Positions 13,812 through 25,792 of a stretch of DNA of 64,000 nt are shown one piece after another. Origin of the DNA: Octopus bimaculoides (taxonomy: Eukaryota); the NCBI RefSeq assembly GCF_001194135.2, contig NC_068995.1, positions 35,727,235 to 35,791,234 on the forward strand. Reading direction: 5' to 3'. The translations under genes and the position numbers were made by a program. How positions within the stretch are numbered: the first letter of the stretch is position 1; each line of letters starts with the position of its first letter. The notes under the pieces were generated by a model, which ran no database searches, was not told the origin of the DNA, and saw only the letters and a list, made by a program, of their open reading frames with translations.

Positions 13812-14494
13812 CAATAAATCGCAGAGCCAAATACAACGAACAAGAGCTGGTTTTATTATTATAACCGTTCGCACAATAACAATCCAATACTCCAATGCAG
13901 AATCAATAACGAGACTAACGCTCTCACAGTTTGACCTCAACTGTCTTCTGGCTCTTCAATTTATAAGACTCGTCCAGTCCACTGACTATCAGGTGCGGAG
14001 GTATCAGTTCACTCCACAACAAAACTTATCATTGAATCTTTGTGTAGGTTTTGAAATTCATATAATAAGATGGCAATGATCTTTCTTCCGAGGTTAGAAT
14101 CTAGAGAGAGTGCGTAATAATTACCGCTATTAATTGAGACGTTGGTTTATATAAGAACATTGAGGCTAGGATATGATTTATTCTTATGAAATCATTTATC
14201 TTTTCACATTTACCTTTTGTTTTAAACATTGGACTGCAGCCATGCTGGGGCACCATTTTGATGGGTTTTGTGTCGAATAGATCGATTGCTGTACTCATTT
14301 GCTTTTTTATTTTTATTTTCAATCCTGATACTTATTTTATGGGGACTCTTTTGTTAAGCCCCTAGGTTACAGGGTATAAACAAACCAATAGCACTTGTCA
14401 AGCAGTGGTTCGGGACAAACACACACACAGATACACGCATATATACATATGTTGTTAAATGCTCGAAATACGAGAGTAGAAAAACAGCCAACAA

Positions 14495-15165
14495 CTGATA
14501 AATGGTCAACCAGAGTTATTCGATAGGGTTTATGTCAGGAGAAAAGGGTGATCAAGTCATGAGTGATTGGCTTGTGATTTCCAAAGATCCGAGTTACGAA
14601 ATTGAAGCTTTGGCTGAATGCAAAGGAGCATTGTCATGCATAAAAATCAATCGCCGTCGAAGTGAGAATGGTAGATCATCTAACCATGCTGCTAAATGCT
14701 CCTTCAGAAACGCAGCGTAGGAGTTGCTGATGGATTTGACACCTTCCGGCACTCGGAAAGGCCCGGCAAGTTCATTTCCTATGATTCCCGCCCAAAAGAA
14801 GACCCCGACCACTGCCTTGTTGACGCCGAATGCGATGCGAGCGAGGGGTTTCAAGAGGTACCCAAACTTTGGCCCATCCGTCGGGGCCATCCAGAGTAAC
14901 TCTGGCCTCAACCGTGAAGAGGACAACTTGGAAATTGATCTTCGTGTACTTCCGTGCCCAATCAATACGCTTCTCTTTGTAGTTCTTGCTTCGGATGGTT
15001 CTAGCGATGCACTTAACACTTCTGGCCATCTTTTAAGGATCCTACACCAGGTGCTTTTGGACAAAGGAGCAACCCCAGCACTTTCAAATATGGCAGCACT
15101 TGAGGTCTTTTCTTATTTGTCTACCAATTTTTCGGATGTTTACGCTGGGATACACTTCTTCTCTT
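14495..15165 (-). mobile_element. Tc1 (DD34E-type) transposase pseudogene, truncated by a gap
   Basis: KRIDWARK..VLFTVEARVTLDG; FWAGI; IFMHDNAPLH; WSPFSPDINPIE; frameshift and stops present. Confidence 0.9.
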
Positions 15166-15765
15166 NNNNNNNNNNNNNNNNNNNNNNNNNNNNNNNNNNN
15201 NNNNNNNNNNNNNNNNNNNNNNNNNNNNNNNNNNNNNNNNNNNNNNNNNNNNNNNNNNNNNNNNNNNNNNNNNNNNNNNNNNNNNNNNNNNNNNNNNNNN
15301 NNNNNNNNNNNNNNNNNNNNNNNNNNNNNNNNNNNNNNNNNNNNNNNNNNNNNNNNNNNNNNNNNNNNNNNNNNNNNNNNNNNNNNNNNNNNNNNNNNNN
15401 NNNNNNNNNNNNNNNNNNNNNNNNNNNNNNNNNNNNNNNNNNNNNNNNNNNNNNNNNNNNNNNNNNNNNNNNNNNNNNNNNNNNNNNNNNNNNNNNNNNN
15501 NNNNNNNNNNNNNNNNNNNNNNNNNNNNNNNNNNNNNNNNNNNNNNNNNNNNNNNNNNNNNNNNNNNNNNNNNNNNNNNNNNNNNNNNNNNNNNNNNNNN
15601 NNNNNNNNNNNNNNNNNNNNNNNNNNNNNNNNNNNNNNNNNNNNNNNNNNNNNNNNNNNNNNNNNNNNNNNNNNNNNNNNNNNNNNNNNNNNNNNNNNNN
15701 NNNNNNNNNNNNNNNNNNNNNNNNNNNNNNNNNNNNNNNNNNNNNNNNNNNNNNNNNNNNNNNNN

Positions 15766-15838
<73 letters not shown>

Positions 15839-16310
15839 GTATATATTTGTGTGACTGAGTTTGTTCCCTCCCCACTATCGCTTAACAACCGATATCGGTG
15901 TGTTTACATCTCCGTAACGTAGCAGTTCGACAAATAAATACTAGGCTTGTAAAGAATAAGTCCTGAGGTCAATTTATTTGACTAAATGCGGTGCTCCATC
16001 ATGGCCGCAGTCTGAAACAAGTAAAAGAATAAAAGAATATATATTTGTGTGTTTGTGTATATGTGTGTGCATATATGTTTGTATGTATGTATGTATGTAT
16101 GTATATATATAGCTATGTCGGTAAGGAAGAAATATATATATATTTCATCCAAGTGTAAATTTTGTATTATTTGATTTTCTGTGTGAAATTTTTCTAACAG
16201 GAAATTTCTTATATGTTTATCCAACAATTTTGTGATTCCCATTAGCAAATGAGATATATGTCATAGCGAATAAACAATACCCAAAAATTTCCAGATTCCT
16301 ATTTTGTTTC

Positions 16311-16341
<31 letters not shown>

Positions 16342-16544
16342 CATACATACATACATACATGTAATGCGAAATCGTCAATAATCAGGCTGTATCTGCGACC
16401 AATAGGGAGCTTATCTCACTTCTTAACTAATTATAATAACGCTTTTGTTGGCTATTGAGTTGTTTTGACTCTTATTTCTAGCAATACTGATGCTGATTAA
16501 TGCCCTTGTTCACTTTAGTGACGTATATATTTTTGCCTATATAC

Positions 16545-16945
16545 AGGGTGCGATAGGTAAATTCTCACAATTTGATAGTTTTAATTTCGCGTATGTGCAT
16601 TCTTTGTTTTTGGTTTTGTCGATTACACAGTATAGTAGGGTCAGTTTGGCACCGTCTGTGAGAAGAACAGCACCGTGAAGCTATTCACTCTGCCAGAAAT
16701 TTAGCAGTTGAGTGAGAGACCAGCAAAACTCCTTGTAACACCATTCACCAACTTAACAGGGGGGACCGTGCAGAGGAGTTGCAGGAGATTCCGAAGTCAT
16801 CTGGAGGCCGTGGTTGAAGCCAATGGTGATTTTATTGAATAAATTTACTCAAGATATTTTAATGTAATTTTGGTAAATATATCTTAAAATGAGATGTCAG
16901 TGTTACTTTCATCTTTGCGTAATCTAGACGACAGTATATTCCACC
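16545..16945 (+). mobile_element. Internally deleted maT/DD37D-like element
   Basis: TA|CAGGGTGCG ... CGCATCCTG|TA. Encodes the transposase tail CRRFRSHLEAVVEANGDFIE*. Confidence 0.75.
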
Positions 16946-19409
16946 GCATCCTGTATGTATATATATATATATATATNNNNNNNNNNNNNNNNNNNNNNNN
17001 NNNNNNNNNNNNNNNNNNNNNNNNNNNNNNNNNNNNNNNNNNNNNNNNNNNNNNNNNNNNNNNNNNNNNNNNNNNNNNNNNNNNNNNNNNNNNNNNNNNN
17101 NNNNNNNNNNNNNNNNNNNNNNNNNNNNNNNNNNNNNNNNNNNNNNNNNNNNNNNNNNNNNNNNNNNNNNNNNNNNNNNNNNNNNNNNNNNNNNNNNNNN
17201 NNNNNNNNNNNNNNNNNNNNNNNNNNNNNNNNNNNNNNNNNNNNNNNNNNNNNNNNNNNNNNNNNNNNNNNNNNNNNNNNNNNNNNNNNNNNNNNNNNNN
17301 NNNNNNNNNNNNNNNNNNNNNNNNNNNNNNNNNNNNNNNNNNNNNNNNNNNNNNNNNNNNNNNNNNNNNNNNNNNNNNNNNNNNNNNNNNNNNNNNNNNN
17401 NNNNNNNNNNNNNNNNNNNNNNNNNNNNNNNNNNNNNNNNNNNNNNNNNNNNNNNNNNNNNNNNNNNNNNNNNNNACTGTTTTTAGTCTCCATAAGCACT
17501 TCTTATAACTACTGTTTTGCTATGTTAATGCTTGGAATAAATGAAGAGTAGAATTTTCTTCATGTGATACCATAGAATATATTTTTCACTTAAAACTTTG
17601 AAGTTATGATATAAGTTTTATGCAAATGAATAATTTATGTAGCTTTTTGAGATATGAGAAATAGAGTGGCAGTCACTTGCACAAACCCGTCACCAAAAGT
17701 ATTTCGGATTTACGATCGCAGAAAGTTGCTGTCGTAAGAGATTTAACAATTGACAACCACTTGGTTTGGAAAGTAACAAATAAAGCGTTATTTGAGTCGC
17801 TCGAAAGGGATATTGGGTGTTTTAAGCAATTCCACATGTAAGCATAAACCGTTTGGAAACAATGAATAATAGTTCACTTGATAAAGTATTAAAAAGAAAA
17901 AAATTCTGCTGATGACTAAAGACAAATTTTATTACGTTGCTTTTTATTCTAATTGTCACAAGCAGTTCATTTGTTACTTATTATATTTCATTATAGAAGT
18001 TAGAAGAAATCATTATTATTAGTAGAAAACAAAAATGGCAGCGAGCTGGCAGAGTCGTTACTACGCCAGGCAAAATGCTTAGCAGTATTTTGTCCGTCGC
18101 TACATTTTGAGTTCAAATTCCGACGACGCCGACTTTGTCATTCCTCCTTTCGAGATCGATAAAATAAGTACCAGTGAAACACTGGAGTCTTTGTAATCTA
18201 CTTATCCCCTCCCCAAAAATTGTTGGGCTTGTGTCAAAATTTGAAAATATTATTAGAAAAGAAATCTTTATAGAAGTTAGAGAGAATGACTCTTATTAGA
18301 ATGTGTAAAATATTTATCTATCGATAGCACAGTTTATCTCAGAATTTGGTTTACTGGATTGTCTCCTGGTTTTACACGTAAACTTCAATGACGAGCGCAG
18401 ATGGATTCAACAAAGATGGGAGGTTAGATGTTGACTCAACAGGTCGAACACATGGAAGATATAGGCTTAGCACGACCATTGCAGTCCGATGAAATCTATA
18501 TTTGTTTTTGCTATGACCCTCACCGGAATTTACAGAAATGCAGGAACAAACAGGGTTGCGAATAAAAAAAAAACAGGAAAAATGGCATACTTCCGTACAA
18601 CAGTTCTTATATAAACTGCTGCATATTGGCCATCAAAATTGTTTATACAGAACAGTCAATTCCAACTAGTTGTTTGACTACTTTGCTCCATATGGTTGAC
18701 TAAGTCTACGAAGGAGTGCTGAAAAGTTCCTGGCTTTAAGGGTATCGCGAAAGGCCTGGTTACAAACCTAACCTTCCCAGTTCTTTTACAGGGCTTAGAA
18801 AAACTGAAAGACTACTGTAATATGTGTGTGAATTTGAGAGGGGAATATGTCGAATGAAATCATAATTAATTGATCCTGACGTATTTTCTTTTACCCAAAG
18901 CCAGGAACTTCTCAGCACCCCATCATATATGATGACAACTAAAAGTAACATCAACAAAACTGAATTATAGATTGGTTATGGTCGAGGTAGATATTATTTT
19001 ATTGTTCTTTCATGGAAAAAGCTTTATCAAAATTACCATATCTAGAGTTTCTAGTGTTTAAGATACTTTTTCAGGTCTTTCATGGAACATTGAATTATTC
19101 ATTTTTGATATTTTTCTTTTGTTCTGGTCATGTCTTTGTCGTCATAGTCCTTACCTCAAAACACAGATATATTATAACGGAGTTCTCTAATGAATGCAAT
19201 TTTCAAGCCTCAGTTATTTCTGTATTTATTGGGCTTGTTTCTGTATTTATCAGAACTATAGAGATCTAATCTACCTCCAATATAATGATTTTGGTTCAAT
19301 GCTGGTGACTCAATCCGGTGTTTTACTACAGAAACTACAGAACCACCTTCGTCGTTGCTAATCGTTGTGTTCGGTACATTTCCTCAAACTTCTATATTTC
19401 TACTTTCAG

Positions 19410-19445
19410 CTTTTTTCATGTCCTGCACTGAAGTTACTTCGCAAG
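19410..19445 (+). CDS. 36-nt exon (xFFMSCTEVTSQ), probable end of the signal peptide
   Basis: Acceptor tctatatttctactttcag, strong donor CAAG|gtaag, phase 1 matches the next exon. The 5' boundary is uncertain: the frame is open back to 19289 and other acceptors exist at 19331/19340. Confidence 0.6.
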
Positions 19446-20635
19446 GTAAGCTCTTGTTTTTTGCTTCTTTTGCTATTTGTTTCTATTTCCAAATAACTAT
19501 GTGGCGCTTCGTTGTTTTAACTGTTTGCTCTTTTTTCCTTTAGAGGGGGATGGGGTGGTCACATTCCGTTTTTATATGCTCACTTTTTTTTGTGTATCTA
19601 TTCTATTTTTAATTTGGCTTTTTCAGTAGAACCTTGTGACAGTTACACGGAAATAGACGCTTCATCAAGACGTATTACAGAGGATTATGATACTCACTGC
19701 GACAATACGCTATCAGAAAAATGGTACCGCTTTATCATTGGTAAACAGTCAGCCATTATTCCAACTCAGTGCATTAAGGTAAAAAAACAATTTTTTTCTT
19801 ATTTATTTTATGCATTAGCTCGAGTCGTTAAAACGCTACACAAGAGATCACCCTCACACAAACTAGGCCCGTAGTTGGCATGACATGTAACAGTTTTAAG
19901 TTGAACTACAATTCTCACTCTTCTTCAGAATTTTCAGAAGGTGAAATCAAAGATCTTTAACTAACTACATCCACGAACTAAAAATCAAATCCATACTTTG
20001 TAACCAGCAGGGGAAAATTCTACCTAGTACTAGACTGAATTCCCAAAAGTGAAAACCATGCAACAAGTGCACGAAAGATAGATCGAAAGTCATATTCTAT
20101 AGACACCTCACAGAAAAGAGCTACTGAAAAGACTACCACCTGCATGCACAGAACCTATAGGAATATGAAATTTCAATTTTTCTTGTTCACTAAACGGAAG
20201 CACTCATCTATACCACTTCTGCCCTCCCCTAAAGACATACTCTCTTTCATATCTGATTTTGCTGATCTTTCTTTCTTCCACTGAATCACTTTTCCTTTCC
20301 TTTCTTGTGTCTACACTACTTATTTCCTATTTACAGTCACTTCTACTCACATACTAGCCCAACATGTACCTACACACACACACAAACACGCACACACATA
20401 CACACAAACACATATATACATACATGCATACATACATACATACATACATACATACATACATACATAAATNNNNNNNNNNCACACACAAACACGCACACAC
20501 ATACACACAAACACATATATACATACATGCATACATACATACATACATACATACATACATACATACATACATAAATACATACATACATACATAGATACAT
20601 GCATCCATCCATCCATACATACATACATACATACA

Positions 20636-20671
<36 letters not shown>

Positions 20672-21213
20672 TGTATATAACTTACTTGGAAATGGATGCG
20701 TGGCGTTCAATCATATAATATAAATAATATTTAAATATATTTGCATACATACATACATATATGGACATACATATATATGTATATACACATGCATATATGG
20801 ACACAGGACACCACTGAACGTAGAAAACATGAAATACGGAAACAACATAAAACACGAAATACGAAAACATGGAATACGAACTTTTTTCGAACAACGAAAG
20901 AAACAAATGGAAAACAAGACAAGCAACATGAAAAAACGAGCCTTCATCAGTTGTCGGCTGTTTTTCTACTTCGTATTTCGAGCATACGAAGTAGAAAAAT
21001 AACCGACAACTGATGAAGGGCCGTTTTTCCATGTTGCTTGTCTTGTTTTCCATTTGTTTCTTTCGTGTTCGAAAAAAGGTCCTATTCCATGTTTTCGTAT
21101 TGTTTACGTTCTTTGGTGTCCTGTGCCCATATATGCATGTGCACAGGACACCATATATATGTATGCACATATACGCAGGCACATATATGTATGCATATGA
21201 TTTATATATTTTT

Positions 21214-21257
<44 letters not shown>

Positions 21258-21296
21258 GCACACGCATATATATATATATGTATGTATATATATGTG

Positions 21297-21327
<31 letters not shown>

Positions 21328-22988
21328 AAATTCAATAATAGGACGAATTCTTTTACAAGAATTTATCAAGTAGCTAGCGCGAAAAAACCTCATAAGGGAA
21401 AAAATCCATCATTTATTCCCGAAATATATATTAATATTTATATAAGGGCACTACTATACAATAATGCCTCACGCTATGAGGGACACTAAGGTCAGACTAC
21501 CATAAAAAAGCACATTTTTACCGAACGCGAGGAAATGCAACTCTCAAAGCCAACCCCTTAAAAACAGACTAAATTATTATTAGGGATAAAAATCCAAATT
21601 TACAGGCAAAAATTCAATTAAATTAAATTTATTAAAAATTTGAATTAAATTAAGTTTCACAGTATAAAATATAACTATATAGTTTTAGCGAAAAGAATCA
21701 AGGTTCATGAACTCATCAATGAAAATCCACTGTCACATATAGAAAAATTAATAAGTAAAAGTGCAATAAATAAGTATAATATAATACAAAGTAAATATCA
21801 TAAGATAATGATAATAAAACGACTACGCGTGTTTCATAACCAAATTTTCAAATAGAAAAAATATTTACATCGATTAAAACTATCGAAAATCAATTCTATT
21901 CAAAAATATAGCTAATCTTCAGGTCAAAATAAAACAATAATAGTAATAAAAGAATGTATATATCAACTAACAATAAATAACAAATGAATGTATATAAAAT
22001 GCTTATATTAAGATAGAAAAATATTATTTAAAATATCAAAATTATAAACGTTCCATAATTAACTTTACGTTTATTATAATATAAACTAACAGGAATATTA
22101 TGTGCAAAAAAACTCATTTTAATGAATCTGAATCTTTCGTTTAAAATACAATTTAAACGAAGTTTTAGGTTAAAATAATAAAAATTGAAGTAACACTTAT
22201 CTAAATGATGCAATAGTTTAAACTAAAAGATTTTAGACTAAAACGTTTATTAGAAAATATTGCGTAAAGAAAAAGAATAGAATAAATAGATATAAAAACA
22301 TGAACGAAAATTTTATTATGAATGAAAGATTAAACTTTATATAACTTAAACCATAATAAAACAATTAACTATATTGCACAATCAAAGAAATTAAATAAAA
22401 AGACTACCCATTTATCCCATAAAACAAAAAGAAATATTAAACAGTATTAATGGAAAAAATTCAACCCTAATCTAATCGAAGTCTTGGTTTAGGCTAAGAT
22501 GATAAACTTACTACTATTAATTTAGTGTTAAAAAAGGTATCGACTAAAATTATCATTAAAAATCAATTGAATTAATATAAAAATACATATTTTTTTCAAA
22601 CAATGATATAAAATCATTAGAGTAAGGGAATAATCAATTAGTTAATTAATTAATTATTGGATTCTTACAGCTGTTTCTGAGATATCCTAAGTGATAGGTT
22701 AGTCCCAAGTGACTGGGTAGTCCGTTAACAGAGATAAGGCGAGTATGTATGAAAGTTCTAGACAGGGACTTCAAAGTTTATATACATACATATATATATA
22801 CTCGCCTTGTCTCTGTTGACGGACTACCCAGTCACTTGGGACTAACCTATCACTTAGGATATCTCAGAAACAGCTGTAAGAATCCAATAATTAATTAATT
22901 AATTACTCCTTTACTCTTATTAAATATTCTAAATGACTTGAGATACTCGTCCTGCCTTGGTCTTTGTTGTCCTTTTTCTTCTAATATA

Positions 22989-23023
<35 letters not shown>

Positions 23024-23236
23024 GTGTGTGNNNNNNNNNNTATATATAAGGATAAGACCGTTATTTAAAAGAACGACCATATCAAGTGGCCAGCGTAGGA
23101 AGTAAAAGCTTATATTGTAATACTTGTTATCAAAATTCAACCATGGTGGTGTCTCTTAGATACCTTTAATTATAATTTCAATAATGATTATTATGTATAT
23201 ATGTATGTATATGAATATGTGTGTGTGTGTGTGTGT

Positions 23237-23303
<67 letters not shown>

Positions 23304-25700
23304 TATGTATTATATATACATATATGTATGCATGTATGTATGTATGAATGTATATATGTATGTATGTATGTATGTATGCATATGCTATAGTTAATAGAGC
23401 AAACAGTAAACGGTTGTCATTGCAGACTAATTAACCCTGCAAAATCAGAAATTGGTATAATTATTAAGAAAATTCTTTTTAAGAATTAATCCTAAAGTTA
23501 GATAGGCAACTAATTTAGTACAATGGTCCAATAGTATAGAAGTTGTTAAATGGGTTAAAGTAATTAAAAATAAGAATAAAGCCAGATTTATACAATTCGA
23601 TATTGTATATTTCTATGCAGGCGATTATACAGAGATTAGCGAACAAGATAAGGATATAATCCTCCACGCTAGAAAGACCTTACACTTACTCTTTAGCGAG
23701 AACGCAGAGTGAGTCAAGACAGCAGATACAGAGAGTTCTTTCGATGTGAGCATGGGGTCATATGATGGAGCAGACATATGCGATCTCATTGAAATATTCC
23801 TGCTCGACACGTTAGGAAAAGCCTTTCCTGGTGTATATTTAGCTATTTATAGGGACGATGCTCTAGCTTTAACTAAGAATTCCAATGGACCAGCGCAAGA
23901 TCGTTTAAGGAAGGATATTATCCAACTTATGAAAACATTCGATCTTAAGATAACGATTGATGCCAACCTGACGGTTGTCAATTTCATAGACGTATCTCTA
24001 TATTTGCAAGAGAATATTTACAAACCCAATAGAAAGCCTAACGATAGACTTAATTATATTAATGTAGATTCCTGACACCACCACCCACCACCCATAGTGT
24101 TTAAGAATTTAGTTAAGAATATTAGTAAGAGGATTTCTAGCCTCTCCTCCAATATAAACATTTTTAATAATGTTTCCCCCTATATAACAATGCCCTCAAA
24201 ATGGATTTAAAAAAGAAATAGGTTACACCCCTACTATTAGACCAGAAATAAAGAAAATGAGACGTAGACGTAGGAAAATTATCTGGTTCACATCCCCTTA
24301 CTCCCCGAAGTGACCTTTAATATAGGTAAATATTTCTTGTCACTTTAGAAAGACATTTTCCAATACATCACAAATATAGAAAAAGCTCTTTGATAGGCAC
24401 AACCTCAGAATTAGCTTTAGTTCCACCCCAAATTTTAAAAGCATAATCATGCACAATACAACACAACACCACGAAGCCAGCTGTTTCTGCAGGAATAAAG
24501 ACTTGTGCCCACTAAATAGAGCTTGTATGACCGAGGCCATTATTTATGAAGCTACTGCAAATTCTGTCAACACTAATAATACAGTTTCATCCAAGTGATA
24601 TATGGGTCTCATAGAGGGAAGTTTTGAAGCAAGATTTAACAATCACACCTTGAGATACTGGAATAAACGAAAGACTACTAAATTATCCAGTTATATATGG
24701 TTTTTAAAAGAACAAGGTATCAACTAGAGTATTTACTGGAAGATCTTAGCCAAGTGTAACCCTTATACCAACGGTAGAGGCAAGTACGGCCTTTGTAACA
24801 TGGAAAGATGGCTCATTAGGAAAAGTTCCTTATACCACACTACATGCTTAATTTCAAGAACTGAACTCTTTCGATCATGCCCACATGTCACAAAATACTT
24901 GTTGCGATTTTGAGCCCCCAAAAGCAACGGCTAGAGTCACATTTCTACTATGTTCCTGCACAAACTTTTCCATACGTTTTAACTCCCATTAATTTCTAAT
25001 TTATATTTGTTGCTGTATTATATTTTTTACATATATTAATATATTCTTTTCCTGTTTACATGTGTGTGTGTATGTAAGTAAATGTATGTATATATTTTAT
25101 ATGTATGTGTGTGTGTATATAAGTGTGTGCGTGTATGTATGCATATGAGTGTAGGACTGTGTCCATGCATATGTGCGATTTTCATGTAAGTACATCCGTA
25201 TATGTTTATATATGTATATGTTTGTGTGAGTCTGCGTATACAAGTTTCGTGTGCGTGTGTACGTATGTAGACGTTGTGAATGCAGGTGTTTTATGTCCTC
25301 GTAACTTTTCTATATATTTTTATCTTTTCTTCTTCTCTTTTTCCATCAACTAGAGTTACTTCCCTTGTATTTAACGGTTTTTCATAACGTCTGTTGCCAT
25401 TAATATCCGACGAGAATGTACAGTAGCTCTTCGCTCCGACATTCGAAACTCTGAGTATTAATAATGACAATCGTTTACTATTTGCCCTATTAATTATAGC
25501 ATATAAAATAATCCTCTATTTCTACAAATATCGAGGTCTTTGATTTGTTTGGACTTCTTAAAAAAGAAAAGAAAATTGGAAAAGTCATAGAAGTATAGTT
25601 TGGGGAATGTTTAATAATTTTGTTACAGTGATTTAAAATATAACCGATTTTGATGTGTCCACCTTATCAAATATTAGAAAGAATTTTAAAGAGAAGAAAA

Positions 25701-25792
<92 letters not shown>

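Noticed and set aside
16894-16918. ATG TCA GTG TTA CTT TCA TCT TTG C|gtaatc as start exon of the D10C gene (the phase fits)
   Set aside because: It lies inside the 3' end of a maT-like transposon remnant and the donor is weak; chance is more likely.
20350-20560. Tandem duplication either side of a 10-N gap
   Set aside because: Identical flanks across a gap are a typical unmerged contig overlap.
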